A stretch of DNA of 58,460 nt, filler included, from Bipalium vagum (taxonomy: Eukaryota): the NCBI GenBank assembly GCA_037834085.1. It is 3 parts of 3 records of this genome, joined end to end, with 100 filler letters (N's around TTAATTAATTAA, not from the genome) between each part and the next. Parts side by side here need not be neighbours in the genome. Positions count along the whole stretch, not along the records: positions 22,240 to 40,116 come from JBBMKC010048037.1; positions 40,217 to 58,460 come from JBBMKC010034924.1; 1 more part is not named here. One strand, 5' to 3'. This document shows, in pieces, positions 34,059-47,900 of this stretch (position 1 is the first letter of the stretch; each line of letters starts with the position of its first letter). The notes beneath the pieces were generated by a model. It saw nothing but the letters and a program-made list of their open reading frames with translations. It was not told the DNA's origin and did not search any database. Made by a program: the position numbers and the translations under genes.

Positions 34059-37000
34059 ATGGCTTACAATGTAGGAATGGAAAAACTGATACCTTTAATA
34101 AATCAACTACAAGATGCATTCACATCAGCTGGAATAAGTGGAGGTATTGATTTACCACAAATTGCAGTGGTTGGTAGTCAAAGTGCTGGAAAGAGTAGTG
34201 TCTTGGAAAACTTTGTAGGACGGTAAATTTATATTTTTTAATATTAGTGATCTATTAATTGATATAAATAAGTATCCCTACAACAATAACATTTTAAAAA
34301 TATTAATTTTTAAGTAATATATTTGTGCCAATAATAAAATCATTTAAAGACTTATAAAATACCTTAATGTGGCCAAACATTTTCTTGTTTTTCCGAAATG
34401 TTAAATCGACATGAAAGATATTTTAAAGAATATCACCACAATCTAATTTTGTAAACTTATTTTCATTTTCTTAACAATTTAACCAGTAAGTCAACCATTT
34501 AATTAATAAGCAAACTTCTTATGGCCAGTAAACATTCTGCTTTTCTTAATGATACCTGCTCTTTGCTTTAAGAGTACCCATTGAAAATCATAGCATAATT
34601 ATTGTTATTATTTTCTTTTTCGTTGTCCTAAAATTTTCTCATTCAACTATGATATGGATTTAACAGAGGCGCTTACGGCAACAGCACAGATTTACTTGTG
34701 AACTTGTATTGATTTTATTCATACTATAAAACTTTATGAACGGACAAATCTTGTTATAACATTCACGTATTGATTTCATTCGGAACATAATAAAATAAGA
34801 GAAAATGCCATTAAAATTATATTTTTCTTAACATTGTCAACAGAATTTAATGAAAACCAAGAAAATGATGCTTATGAATTTGATTCTTTATTTTTCTAAT
34901 CGAATATGTGATTGCAGTAAAATCTTTATGGGTTTCGGTATTTACAATATATTCTTTGTAATGTGATTAATTATGTTGCTAACATAAACAACATCAATAA
35001 CGACCAACACAAATCCAATACAAATTCATCGATTTTTTTGTAAAATTCAGCGACTTTCTACCACGAGGAAGTGGAATAGTAACGCGGAGGCCATGTATTT
35101 TACAACTGATCAATTCTTCTACAGGTTGGAACATGTTTTATTGAAAAAATATTTTATTTACCAGTTCACTTTTTTTCGACGTTTATCTCTGACGTATTAC
35201 TGATTTAGAATATGCAGAATTTTTACACTTGCGCGGGAAAAAATTCACTGATTTCGATCAAGTGAGAAAAGAGATTGAAGCCGAGACTGATCGAGTAACA
35301 GGGAAAAATAAAGGAATATCCACTGTTCCCATCAATTTGAAAGTTTTTTCTCCACATGGTTATTTTTTCATGTTTAACCTAAAGATTTTATCATTTTATG
35401 TCATTCCCGTAATGGATATTTCATTGAATTATGATTTTTTTCTTTTAATCATTGATTGTAACTACTACCAGATCTTAGTTAATTTTAACCACTCATTTAT
35501 GGTGTTTGATTTTGATTTAATTTCTGCACATTATTGATTGTTATTCTCGGGAATATTATATACTTCAGTGAAAATGAAATATTTTTCTTTAGTGAAACAG
35601 GTTTTTTAATTCTCCATTTGACAAATAAACTATATTTGTCAGAATGTGTACATTCTCAGATGAACACAATCACAATTATCCAATGACCATACAGATTTCA
35701 TCTCACATTTAATGGTGTTCTTATAATCCCTTGGTCTGGGAAATATAGACCTCATTGTGTTATCAAATGAAATCTTTATTTACTGCATTTTGGAGAATCA
35801 TGTTTTCTAATTCATCTTTCTTGTCTTAGTTTGCATAAAATCAAGTAGCACTGTATATTCATTTATGCTTTTATCTAGAAATAAAGGATAGATTTTAGTT
35901 TTTTAATATTAAACGATCTCGTCTAACACTAAAAACAACCAAATTTAAGCAAATAGAGACAGCTATTCTAATTAGAAAATTATATACATTAATACATATC
36001 AGTAAAAGTTAATTATTAAAATCGTTTAGTTTTAAATCTTACTCTCGTTGATTTGCCCGGTATAACAAAAGTTCCAGTTGGTGATCAGCCTGCTGATATT
36101 GAGGATCAAATTCGTAAAATGATCTTTGAGTTTATCACAAATGAAAATTGCTTGATCCTGGCCGTGTCTCCTGCCAATTCTGATCTGGCAAATTCCGATG
36201 CTTTAAAAATGGCCAAAGAAGTCGATCCTCAGGGACTTCGTACAATTGGTGTGATCACAAAGTTAGATTTGATGGACAAAGGAACTGATGCTCGAGAAAT
36301 TTTAGAAAATAAGCTTTTGCCTTTAAGAAGAGGTATGTTCCAATATCTATTTTTTATTTCACGGTAAATGTTCGATATAATTCTATCAATCTATATCGAT
36401 TATCATAAATCGATAAAATGAATTGAAATTATGTAATATTAATATTAAATTTTTCAAGGATATATTGGAATTGTCAATCGAAGTCAGCGTGACATTGACG
36501 GAAAGAAGGACATTAGGAAGGCCATGGAGGATGAGAGGCAATATTTCAAGAACAATCCCACATACAGTCACATGGCGCACAAAATGGGCTCAAGTTATTT
36601 ACAGAAAGTGCTCAATCAACAACTCATCAATCATATTCGTGATACATTGCCTTCACTGCGAAATAAAATGCAATCACAATTACTGACAATTGAGAAAGAA
36701 GTCGAAGAATTTAAAAACGTGAAGCCAAACGATCCCAGTTACAAATCAAAAGCCTTGATATTACACGCCATGAAATTCTGTAAGGACTTCGACAAAGAGG
36801 TCGAGGGAGCTGGTAGAGAAACTGATACAGAACAACTAACGGGTGGAACGAAAATCAACATAATTTTCCACGATATTTTCCCCTATGAAATTGCAAAGGT
36901 ATAGCTTTCTGGTCAATGTGTATTGATTATCAATATTTCAGATTTTTATAATGTAGTATTTTTAACTATTTTTGGCAATCATAACTCTTAGAAAGTGTAA

Positions 37001-39795
37001 TATAATATTTTTTATAATAAATTTGATATATTTTTAAATAAACGGTTATTTCTAAAAAAATTTCCGCTTTTAATGACTTAATATATAAATATTATTTATT
37101 TTATATTTAATTGTGAAATTAAATTGAAAATTAGTCGGGGGATGTAGCTTAGGGGTCAGAGAAGTCCATGCGCATATGAGGGGTCCTTGGTTCGAATCCC
37201 GGTATCTCCGAATAATTATTTTCAACTAACAATGATTATGTTTTATACTATAATAACAGTTTGATATCATTTTTTGATTCTTCTGATTAAAAAATTGTTT
37301 TATATTTGTGACTTTGGATATGAAAATCGATATTACTGTTAATAATTAGTTAGAATATTGATTTATCGATGTTAGATATACGAAACTTTATTAAGTAATA
37401 AATTTTTCGATTTTCAGAAAGATTTTGATGAAAAGAAATTGAGAAAAGAAATCGGTACAGCCATCAGAAATATTCATGGTGTTCGGTAAGTTGGTTGCCT
37501 TAGTTTCCAAGTAATATTTTTTCTGTACCTGACATGCAGAACGGGATTGTTTACCCCAGATTTGGCATTTGAAGCTATTGTTAAGTTACAAATCAAGGAT
37601 TTGGAAGAACCGTCGATCAAATGTATCGATGATGTTGTAACTGAATTAATTAGTATAATCAGAAAAAGTTCACAGAAAGTAAAACCATTTCTCTTGGTCT
37701 GAAAAATCGTTACGATGATTCCATATGGTCTTCAGATTTCCAGTTTTCCTCGACTTCAAGATGCTATTGAACGATTAGTATCCCAAGAAGTTCGAATGAA
37801 GCAGTCCAGAACTAAGGATCAGTTGAAAATGCTTATTAAGATTCAATTATCGTACATCAATACCAATCATGAAGATTTTATTGGATTCAACAAGTAAATT
37901 AAATTTCAATCAATTTATTGACAATCAATGATAATACATTATCAGTGTTATACATACATATATATATATACATATATACTAAGGATTTATGAATAGACCT
38001 ATTAATCAATAAATCAAGTGGCTCATTTTTCATAATTTTACTGATTTTTAATAATATTAACTTTAGAATTTCATTTCTTCACTCTTCAAAATTTAATGTG
38101 AAGTATTACTGCTAACTGAAATTTTTGATCTTCAGCTTATCTAAATTGATAATATTTTCGCGTCGATATTACTATTACATAATCCCTTCAGTAATTATAA
38201 TTTCACTCAATTGGACTTTTGTGTTATTAGTTAATCTGTCAGAAATATGTCCTAGGCCCTTTTTAATTTTGATTGCTTGTAATCAATAATGTGCAATACA
38301 TAAATTTTGAGAGGTTTTGTTCCCGCAAAATTTAAACACTTACTACCTTATTTAATTTGTCTGAATGCCCAAGTTATTTTTTATTATATTATCTTTTATA
38401 AATAAACCGACTAATAATATTATTGCCAAAATTACCATCGATAATGAGTTGATTAAAACAAACAATTAGTATTAGTTAATAATTAATTTCATGGTTTAAT
38501 ACTAATATTTATTAATAATAATAATATAATAATAACTGAAATAATTAATAAAATCGATCGGGAAAAAATTTATTTCAATTGATTGATTATTGAATTTTTG
38601 TTTTCAAAATCTTTAATTGATCTAATTCTAAAAGATTGAAAAAATTATTTGTTCTAATGTTATTATTATTAATAATTGAATCTATTAAATGTTATATTTA
38701 ATTTAGCTTAATTATTTTTGGTAAAACAAAGATATGTGTTTTTTTATGATGGTATTAATTATCATTTTGAAGTTTGCACAATTGACCAAATGATAATAAT
38801 CAATGAAAATTGTTTTATGTTTGAAATTTTTATTCTATTATAATAACAGCTAATAACAAAATTTAACTATTTTTATAACTTGAAATTTATCTTTATCATG
38901 TGAGTACATTCGGTTATTATTTGTGGAGAGTGAATAGCCTTTCTATATAAATCGCACATACGATATTGATCACAATTAAAAATAATAAAATATTAATAAA
39001 ACCATTTATTATCAATCAAAAAAAGTTTATTTATATATTGTACTTGATTTTCAGCGCAGAAAAAAAATCAGATAATCCTGTTAAAAACTTAGGAAATCAG
39101 GTAATCATTAATTATTTCTTGCTTTCTGTGGTAAATCTTGATAATTTTATATTCATTTCAAATCAGATTATTCGAAGAGGATGGCTTACATTACAGTCCG
39201 GTTCCGCGATTACCAAAAAGAACGAGTTTTGGTTTGTATTAAAAGCCGAATCACTAACTTGGTTTAAAGATGATAAAGTTCCGTTTCTATTTTTTCTAAT
39301 TCCTCAATGAATAGCAATGGAAAATTCTGACGTTTTTTTACAGGAAACTGAGAAGAAGTTCATGTTGACTTTGGAGAATTTGAGACTGCGTGATTCAGAT
39401 AGTCGCATGTTCGGTCCCAAATTTCAGATTTCTCTTTACAACCGAGACACGAAGGTCAATGTGTTCCGAGATTACAAAACTTTGGACCTGGCAGCTCCAG
39501 ATAAAGAAATTATTGATTCATGGAAGGCTGCATTTTTAAGGGCCGGTGTCTATCCGGAGACAAAGGATGACGAAGTATGAGAAAGTCTTTTCTTGCACTT
39601 ATCTCATGAAATGTGCTACTTAAATTTATGTTTATTCTGATGTATAGAATGAAGACAGCCACGAGCCTAAAGATTCCATGATGGAAAGACAAGTGGAAAT
39701 TGTTCGAAACTTGGTTCATTCCTACATTACGATTATACGAAAAGAGCATTGTGATTTTTTCCCCAAGGCTGTGTCGCATTGTTTGATTTCCAAGG
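34059..39795 (+). CDS. dnm: Classical dynamin (GTPase, middle, PH, start of GED); 3' end missing at gap. Exons approx. 34059-34222, 35051-35124, 35209-35358, 36030-36332, 36459-36898, 37418-37486, 37540-37678, 37736-37893, 39055-39100, 39167-39277, 39344-39574, 39648-39795
   Basis: [75 protein letters not shown] domain (IIRRGWL...FWFVL...[13 protein letters not shown]), GED start [14 protein letters not shown]. Confidence 0.96.
37138..37210 (+). tRNA. tRNA-Ala(CGC)-like, probably a pseudogene, inside a dynamin intron
   Basis: Acceptor stem GGGGATG/TATCTCC with G3:U70, A box TAGCTTAGGGG, B box GGTTCGAATCC, CGC at the anticodon position. Mismatches in D, anticodon and T stems. Confidence 0.7.
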
Positions 39796-39928
39796 TTCAA
39801 TAATTCTTATATTTATTTTTATTATTATTTTTAGTATTAGTATTTAATTTTGTATTACAAAAGCATTATACTCTTGTTATAAATACATTCCTATTATATT
39901 ATAATATTATAATACATTTCTATATATA

Positions 39929-40116
39929 TGGTGCACGCTCAGGAAGGCCATTGGTGACAGAAAGTGAATGCATAGAAGATTTGATTAAGGAAAACCCATA
40001 TTACACAACACGTGATATTGCAGCTATTGTCAATGTATTCCAAAAAACCATTTCCAACCACTTGCTTAAGATGGGTTATGTGTCTCGTTATGATATTTGG
40101 TTGCCACATCATTTGA
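39929..40116 (+). mobile_element. Mariner transposase N-terminal fragment
   Basis: RSGRPL...LIKENPYYTTRDIA...TISNHLLKMGYVSRYDIWLPHHL (WVPHEL-like); truncated by gap. Confidence 0.85.
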
Positions 40117-40216
40117 NNNNNNNNNNNNNNNNNNNNNNNNNNNNNNNNNNNNNNNNNNNNTTAATTAATTAANNNNNNNNNNNNNNNNNNNNNNNNNNNN
40201 NNNNNNNNNNNNNNNN
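40117..40216. other. Artificial contig linker (44 N + TTAATTAATTAA + 44 N)
   Basis: Same 100-nt design as 22140-22239. Confidence 0.97.
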
Positions 40217-41199
40217 TTCAGCATTTTTAGAGTTAATGTGCAGTCTTCCAATAATGATTCCTTTAAAAAGAGTATTTGATTTGGTGATAACTTGGTGATA
40301 TCTTGACTTCTCAACTACCTAATCTAATTTATCTTTTTCATTCTCCACTTCTTCCCTTGGATTACTGGAAAATATATTAACAATATACGAAATTAAAAGT
40401 TCAGCACTAGTTTTTAAATCTTCATCAATTTCAATAAAATCTTTAATTTTACATAAAATTATGTTATTTCATTCAATTGATTAAAAAGATCCTCGACTTC
40501 ATTGGTTTGAAATTTTTCACTTTCCTCTATTTTCTTTAGATTTGTAAAACTAGCATGAGAAAAGAAATTTATAATTATTCCTGTCTGCAAAAAATTCCAT
40601 TAAATATTTTAAAAGATTCATTGTGTGGAGACTTCAAATAAAGAACACAAATTCTTAAGTTGTGATCCCAATGATTCTAAAACAATTTTATCTGTTAATA
40701 AAGAAAATCTTTGTATTTTGATATTTATTTTATTATTACGATATTGTAACGAGAATTCTTTCCCGAAACAAATTTATAAAAAAGGAATGTGAAAATAATT
40801 AAAAAATAATTAATTTATTATTATTATAATTGTTATTATTATGCATGAGTCATACAATAAAAAATAGGAAAATATGTAATAAAAATTAAATTAGTAAGTT
40901 CAACTTACTAAAAATAGAATTTATATAAAAAATATTAAGGACGAAATTATATATAGTAAGAAATTATAAGTACAAATTTAAAGATAGTAACAAAAGGTTA
41001 CTTAGATTATTGTGTAACTATTTATATATTTTAGAAAATTTTTAAAATCTACTAAGTTTGCCATAAATTTATAATTATTATTAAAAATTATTATATTATT
41101 AAATTAATAAATAAAAACCTCGCTTTGGGGATACGAGAACGGTAAATAATCAAAAATTGAAATTAATTTAGATTACAAACATTAATTTTGAAAAAATTG

Positions 41200-42880
41200 T
41201 TTGTATTAAACGAATTTGGATTGAACGAAATGCTTATAGAGTATTTTCCTATTTAAAAGTTCGGAACCGTAAAAAATTTCGGATTAAACCGAATATTCGG
41301 AATAGATTAATTCAAACAAGGCAAACTCTACTCTTTTTATACTTATTAAAAAACGGATTACACAAGAATTAAGAAAATAGATTTAACTAATATTTAATCA
41401 GAAAATATTTTTATATTTCAAAGTAATCTATAATTGCCTTCTACTTTTAAGATTTCCTTATTAAGCAATTTTTCAACATGCATAATAGATCGCCTATCAC
41501 CTTTAATATTATTCAAACTTACCAAGTACGACTTAAATTCATGAAAATAATTCAATGCTACTTGCAAAGTTAAATTTCCAATAACATTATTCGCATCATT
41601 ATTCTCTTCAATAATATCGAATTCATCATCTAAATGCATTATTCTTACTTCATTATCCAATGAACTTATTTCTCGATCTGAAAAATAGTCTAGATGTCCT
41701 AAATCTAACTCAAGTAATTTGTCTTGTTGAATGAAATCGTTAATTTCCAATAAAAATAAAAATTCACCAAAATTATCAATTTCAATAATGTCAACATTAG
41801 AAATAGTTTTATGGTATTTCAATAATTCCCTTTTAGCTAAGAAATTTTCAATTGTTACTTTTGAAATATCTTTCCATGCATATGCCACATAAATAACGGT
41901 GTCCCTTACATTTATTTCTTTTAGAAATGATTCTGCATGTCTTTCAGGTGACATTTTACTGACAATATATGAAAAAAACGATGATAATATTTCGCTTTAA
42001 AACTTTATATGATTCCAGTATCTAGAGGCTGAAGCCTTTTTTATTGAATTTCCTGGAATTTAGTTGAATAAATAATTTTATGACTGGCAGTTATACATAG
42101 TTGATAAAATTTTTCTACTTTCCTTCTTTGGGTCAAATTCCATTAACCATAAATTAAATTCTCTCTCTGTCATCCATGCATAATTAAAAAATTTTAAGTT
42201 TCTGACATTTTCAATTACAAATTGCTTTAGTTTTTCTGAATAATCCATTTTGCAACAAAACAAGACAGTTAATTCATCTTTGTAGTTCCTAAATTCCATT
42301 CCTAATCTTTGAAACAGGGTTTTGAAAGGTGCAAGTTTGTAAAATAAAGCCAATTGAAAATGTCCGATGATTCATATAAAGCTATTTTGTGTTGAAAATC
42401 TGAAATAAAATCATTTTAATTAATAGAAACATTTTCGAAATCTTCTGCATATTTTTGATGTAATATTAGGACGTTTTTTAAATTTTTGCAACAATCAATT
42501 TGATGTCTTAAGTATCTGATCTGAATTTTCCAAATAAATGTTTTTTTGTAATTCCAAAGCTTTTTTGTAGTATAGCAGCGTTGAGAATTCCACCATTTAT
42601 CTCTCATATTAGCCCAAGTTTTTAATTTCGCAACAATTTCCTTAAATTTAAAATTTAGAATTGATTTTAATTTTTGATTTATCAAAAAAAGCTTCCCTGA
42701 TATTATTTTCATTTTCCAAGTAGTTTCTACTTAATCTTTCTTTTGATTTCCTAGGAAAATTTAACCGAAAAAACTTCAGCCAAATTTTATGCTTCATATC
42801 TGTATTTTTCTTCCAATGATATAATTTCAATTTTTCTTTTAGAGAAACAGATCTTAAATTTTCTAATTCATCTTTTTAAC
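41200..42880 (-). mobile_element. Decayed Tigger/pogo (CENP-B-like) transposon
   Basis: Fragments LFYKLAPFKTL, LTVLFCCKMDYSEKLK, AWMTEREFNLWL, LQPLDTGII, INVRDTVIYVAYAWKDISKVTIEN, plus an N-terminal HTH-psq-like piece. Confidence 0.85.
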
Positions 42881-43269
42881 TATTTTTTAAAAATTATAAC
42901 CTTTACTATATCTTTTGTTGCTATTACTAATACTTACTAAATACAAAAAATATATTTACATGTAAATATTTTAAAACCAGATTGTAATTTTAAATGTATT
43001 GTTCCAATATTCTGCATCACATAAAGTTCTTTTAGAGGGCTTAAACGATTTAAAATTCACATTTTATTCGAAAATGTTGACATCAAATTTTATTTGAAGT
43101 ATTAAAAATATTTAATAAGAAAAACTTATTTATTATACTGATTTATGATGAAATATATAGAAAAACATTCAAAATATGTATAATTCTATTCAAAATATAT
43201 AAAAAAATTATTCAGAAAAAATGTTCGATTGTTTCTATTTGAATTTGATCGAATTTTAGTCAATCAAAA

Positions 43270-43620
43270 ATATCAGCTGCGTGGTTGGTATTAAAATGAC
43301 AGGTTCCATTATTTTCCCATCTGTTTATTTATTAAATCAAATTTACAGGCAATTTGTGCTTCGAAATCAAAGACGGATCTTTCGATGGGGACAGTTTTAT
43401 GGACTTTTTAATGACAAGCTATACCATCATTTCGATCAAAATCTTGGGGATGTATTGGTGATGAACAATTACAGGTTTCATCGCCGCAAAAATCTTATTA
43501 AGTTGCTGACAGAATCAGGTATTGCTTACAGATTTCGGCCACCATACTTGCCTCGACTATAACTCGCAAATATCATCCTTTATGAGAACCATTATAGATC
43601 GGGACGATTTATAAGAATTG
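43270..43620 (+). mobile_element. IS630/Tc1-like transposase fragment
   Basis: VLVMNNYRFHRR...YRFRPPYLPRL resembles VMDNARFH...LPPYSPELN. Confidence 0.6.
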
Positions 43621-44971
43621 ATTACCCAAGTACTCATGCATGACGATATCGATTTAAGAAATTGAGGCGGCTTATAGAAAAATAATTAAATAATAAATAA
43701 TTAATTAAATGTTAAATTAATAAAACGTTATCAATTAAAAAACAAAATATACCTTATGGCATAACTCCTGTCGAGATTGCCGAACTATCAAATGAGTTAT
43801 TGCGGTTGCTCAGAGATAAACCTTTGATAGGGAACCCGAACACAATCCACAAGAAATATTCATAATATACTTGTAACACAATAAGCTTTTGATAATCTTC
43901 TAATATCCTAAAAAGCTTTCTTTCTTTTCTACTGTTTTAACAATGAAAATCCTTATCCTTATATACTATGTTGCTGTTTTTCTTGAATATGATGATTGCG
44001 CATAAATTATCTTAATATTGTTTTTAGAACCCTTTGAATTTCCTTAACTTATTATTAACAATCCTTATTATCCTTGAAAAAATCACTTTCAAAAAATAAA
44101 TTATCTTAAAAACCTCTTTACTTATTTTTAGACAATTTTAAAAGGGAGCTGTGTTCTTATTATTTATATATTTTTTATTTTTATCGCTATTTTTATTGTC
44201 AAATACGAATTTTAATTATTATTATTTAAGCGTTTAATTATTTGAAAATTGTTCTTTATAAGTTTACAAATTTTCTTCTGAATTTGATAGTGCTCAAATT
44301 TTAATATATTATTAAGTGCATCTTTTTAATACTATTATTGATCGACATACATCATTCGCTATTATACTCAAAAGGTAACACCATGTTCGTTATCTCGACT
44401 GCTCACTTAGTCATTACCATGTTTGTGAATCAAAATAATGTTTTTTAAAAAAACACAATCAAGAACTGTCAGCTGGAATAACAAAGTCAAATCGATATGA
44501 AATACTATTATCAATCGAATTAACCACGGGAAAACAATTTATTGTATAATATAAAATGTTAGTGAATAATTTTGAACAGTATTCAAACTATAATCAATTG
44601 GGTTGTTTCAAAAAAAGTAATTTATCTTTATTAATAGTTATTTTAAGACTCACTTTGAACGCATATATATTATTAAGATCAAATCGTATTTCCTTAATTT
44701 CCTAACTTATTTCTCATAAAGAATATAAACTGAACTGGGGGACGAACCGTGAACTTTACGTGTCTCTTATTTCAATAGGGAAATTTTATTTCACTGAGAA
44801 CTCTGAGGATTTAATTATTTTATATCTTATAATTTAATAAATTGAATGAAATAACATTTCCACAAACAATATTATTTGACAAAAGAATATTTATAATTAA
44901 ACTAAAGTGGCAAAACAGATATCTGTAAACTAGATAAACAACCCATCATTCTCAAGCTTTTGGAAGCTTTC

Positions 44972-47900
44972 TCATGGCATAGTAGTTGATGTTGAGTATC
45001 CTAGTCGATTTCTTACAATGTTTAAATGCTGTTTAATATAGTTTTCATGAGGAGAAAGTTTCACTGCCTCCGTTAAACAGATCTCTGCTTCTACCAATTT
45101 GTTCTGCTCAACCATTACAACACAAAGATTATGCTTTGCTTGAGCATTTTTTGGATCAAATTCGGAAGCCCTTTGAAAATTCTTAAATATAAGTATATAT
45201 AACATCATATTTAAATTTAACTAATAAATATTCACCAAATAAGCTGCTGGCAAGTCTCTCTTATAATTTAAAAGGATATCTCCAAGTAAAAGATGACCTT
45301 TAACGTGATTTGGATAATTCTAAATAATTGAAAAATTTTTATTAATTTTCAAATTAGAATTACCATGAATTAAATATAATTAATAATATTAATAAATATA
45401 TTTACGTGGTAAGTGAGATAAATAACCGAACTAGGTATGAAAAACAAATGTTAGGAACGTTATTCTTTTAACAAACGATAAACAATATAGGTAGGTTTAT
45501 TTCTCAATATAATTACCTTCATTCGCAACACATTTCTCCCAAAGAGAGACTAGGTCGGTAAATACCATTTCGAAGAATTTTAGTTTTTTCGTTCCAGAAA
45601 TTCTGGACTTCTACTTTTAAATCTTGTGAGGACTCCAAGATTTTAACGCGAAGTCTCTTTTAGCTGTCCGAATCTCAAAAAAATCAAAGAGCCAATTTCT
45701 TTATTTCCTATTCCACGCTTCACCAATAAATTTATTACAATTACATATTCAACAGAATTCATTACCATAATAACCTATTAATTCTCAATACATATAAACA
45801 AACTTTGTTTCAATTAAATATATAAAATATTGATTCCACACGCATAACATTTTTTTATTATAAAACATTAATTTTCATGAGGTCTTGATACCTATCTCAC
45901 CACGTATTAAATATTTTAAAAATAGTATAAAAGCGTTGTTAGGATTTTATTGTAATTGACTTTATAAATTTTTTTTCCTGAATTATTTTATTTTCGAAAA
46001 TCACTAATTACTTAGAACTGCAAACAATTAATTATCAAAATGATCTTGAATAATTATTATGGGTATATATATTATATAATTATTATTTCATCTAATTCAT
46101 CATCAGGGTTTGGTTTATATTAACACGTTGGCTGTCATAGACAAGCGACAATCATGATACTGAATGGCCAGAGACGAGAATTGTTTGTCATCTTTATGGC
46201 GTTATATATATGATTCGGCGTTTCAAAAAAATTTATTTTGAACAATGATATTTATATGCTGTCAGATAGCTGCAAAAATTGTCTGGGCATCAATTTGTTA
46301 AATATATAACATTCAAACCTTAAAAAATATATCAAGTCGACTTTGACAATAAACATTTCAGCTTTTTGAACTCTTTAATAAAAATCAAACTTTATGGCTT
46401 TATCTTAATTAATTTTATAAAAATAACGTATTTATAATTTATAATTATTTTTTGTGAATATTCCAATAATAAAAAAATAAGTTCAAAGCTGATATTTTCA
46501 GTATATCTGTAAAATTGTAAATTTCATGTAAAAAAAAATCTTTAAAAAATAATAATAATTATTAATATAAACCAATATTGATACCTCTAAGAGTCTGTTG
46601 AGCAGTACCAATGCCTCATCATATTTCTTTAGTTCATTATTATACAACAAACCAAGATTAAATAATGAACCCCTAGAAATAGGATCGTACTGCAATTAAA
46701 ATGATAATGACAAAAAAGAAAATATTAGTAAAACTTTTAATGATTGAAGGTAATGTTTTTCTGCTAACTGAAAATTTTTATCATCAGTTTCCATCATAGC
46801 CAAAGCAAAGTGACATTTTTCAGCTTCAAATTCTGCTTTGATTAAATCGTAATATCTGAAAATAAGAAAACAATATATATTTTTCACAAATCTCATCATT
46901 TATATTTATTACATAGACTTTGCCTTTTCTCGTTTACTGGGCTGTTCTGAGTAAAATGACGCCAAGCTTAGTTTGGCAGGCTGTTAAAACCAAAGATAAA
47001 AACAAACATTAAATAAATTGACAACTTTGTGATTTTGGTCGAGTTGTAATGATGTGTGAAAGCATGATAAAGCCTCTTCATTTCTCTTCAATTCAATATT
47101 CACAACTCCAAGCTAAAGGAATTTTATTATTAATAGTATCTTTACTATTTAATAATAGAAATTTCAATATATTAAATAATATAAATAAATCAATAAATTA
47201 TAAATCGTTGATATTATCAATATATCGATATTTCAACAAAAATCAATTACGTTATAATGCAAATCCGCGCTGTTTGGTCTGTATTGAAGTGCTGTTATAT
47301 ATTGATTTCTGGCTTCTTCTGACCTATATAAGTGAAAATTAATTTTATTATATTGCATATAATAAATAAACCGATACAAAATTCTTGTAGAATATTTAAA
47401 AATATTATTTTGCCAAATTCTTCATATAAAATATTTTTTAAAAATGTTAATTTAATAAAAACTTTTTTTCTTTAAGGAATTGTTTAATTTTATTTAGTAA
47501 ATAATAAACAAGATTGAAAATTGCCTACATAGGGTTTTTTCTAAATAATTTACGAAAATCTATTGTTATATTATGTGAATTTATAAAAATAAATTTATGT
47601 AAAGTGTTATATATTTTTTTCGTATTATAGATTATCATCACTAATTTAAAATTAAATAAGATTATTTAATTAAAATGATTGAATAAATATATTTGTATAT
47701 TCAACATATTTAATATTTAATTGAAAAAGGTTACCTGCCCAATTTTAAAAGAATGTCCCCTCTATTTTGATACGCATCAACGAAATCTGGTCTCATACTA
47801 ATTGCTCGTCTGAGATATGCATCGGCTTCAAGAAGTCTTGTTTTATTTTTTATTAATAAATTGCTAAGATTAATATAAACATTGAGATCTTTGGGAGATA

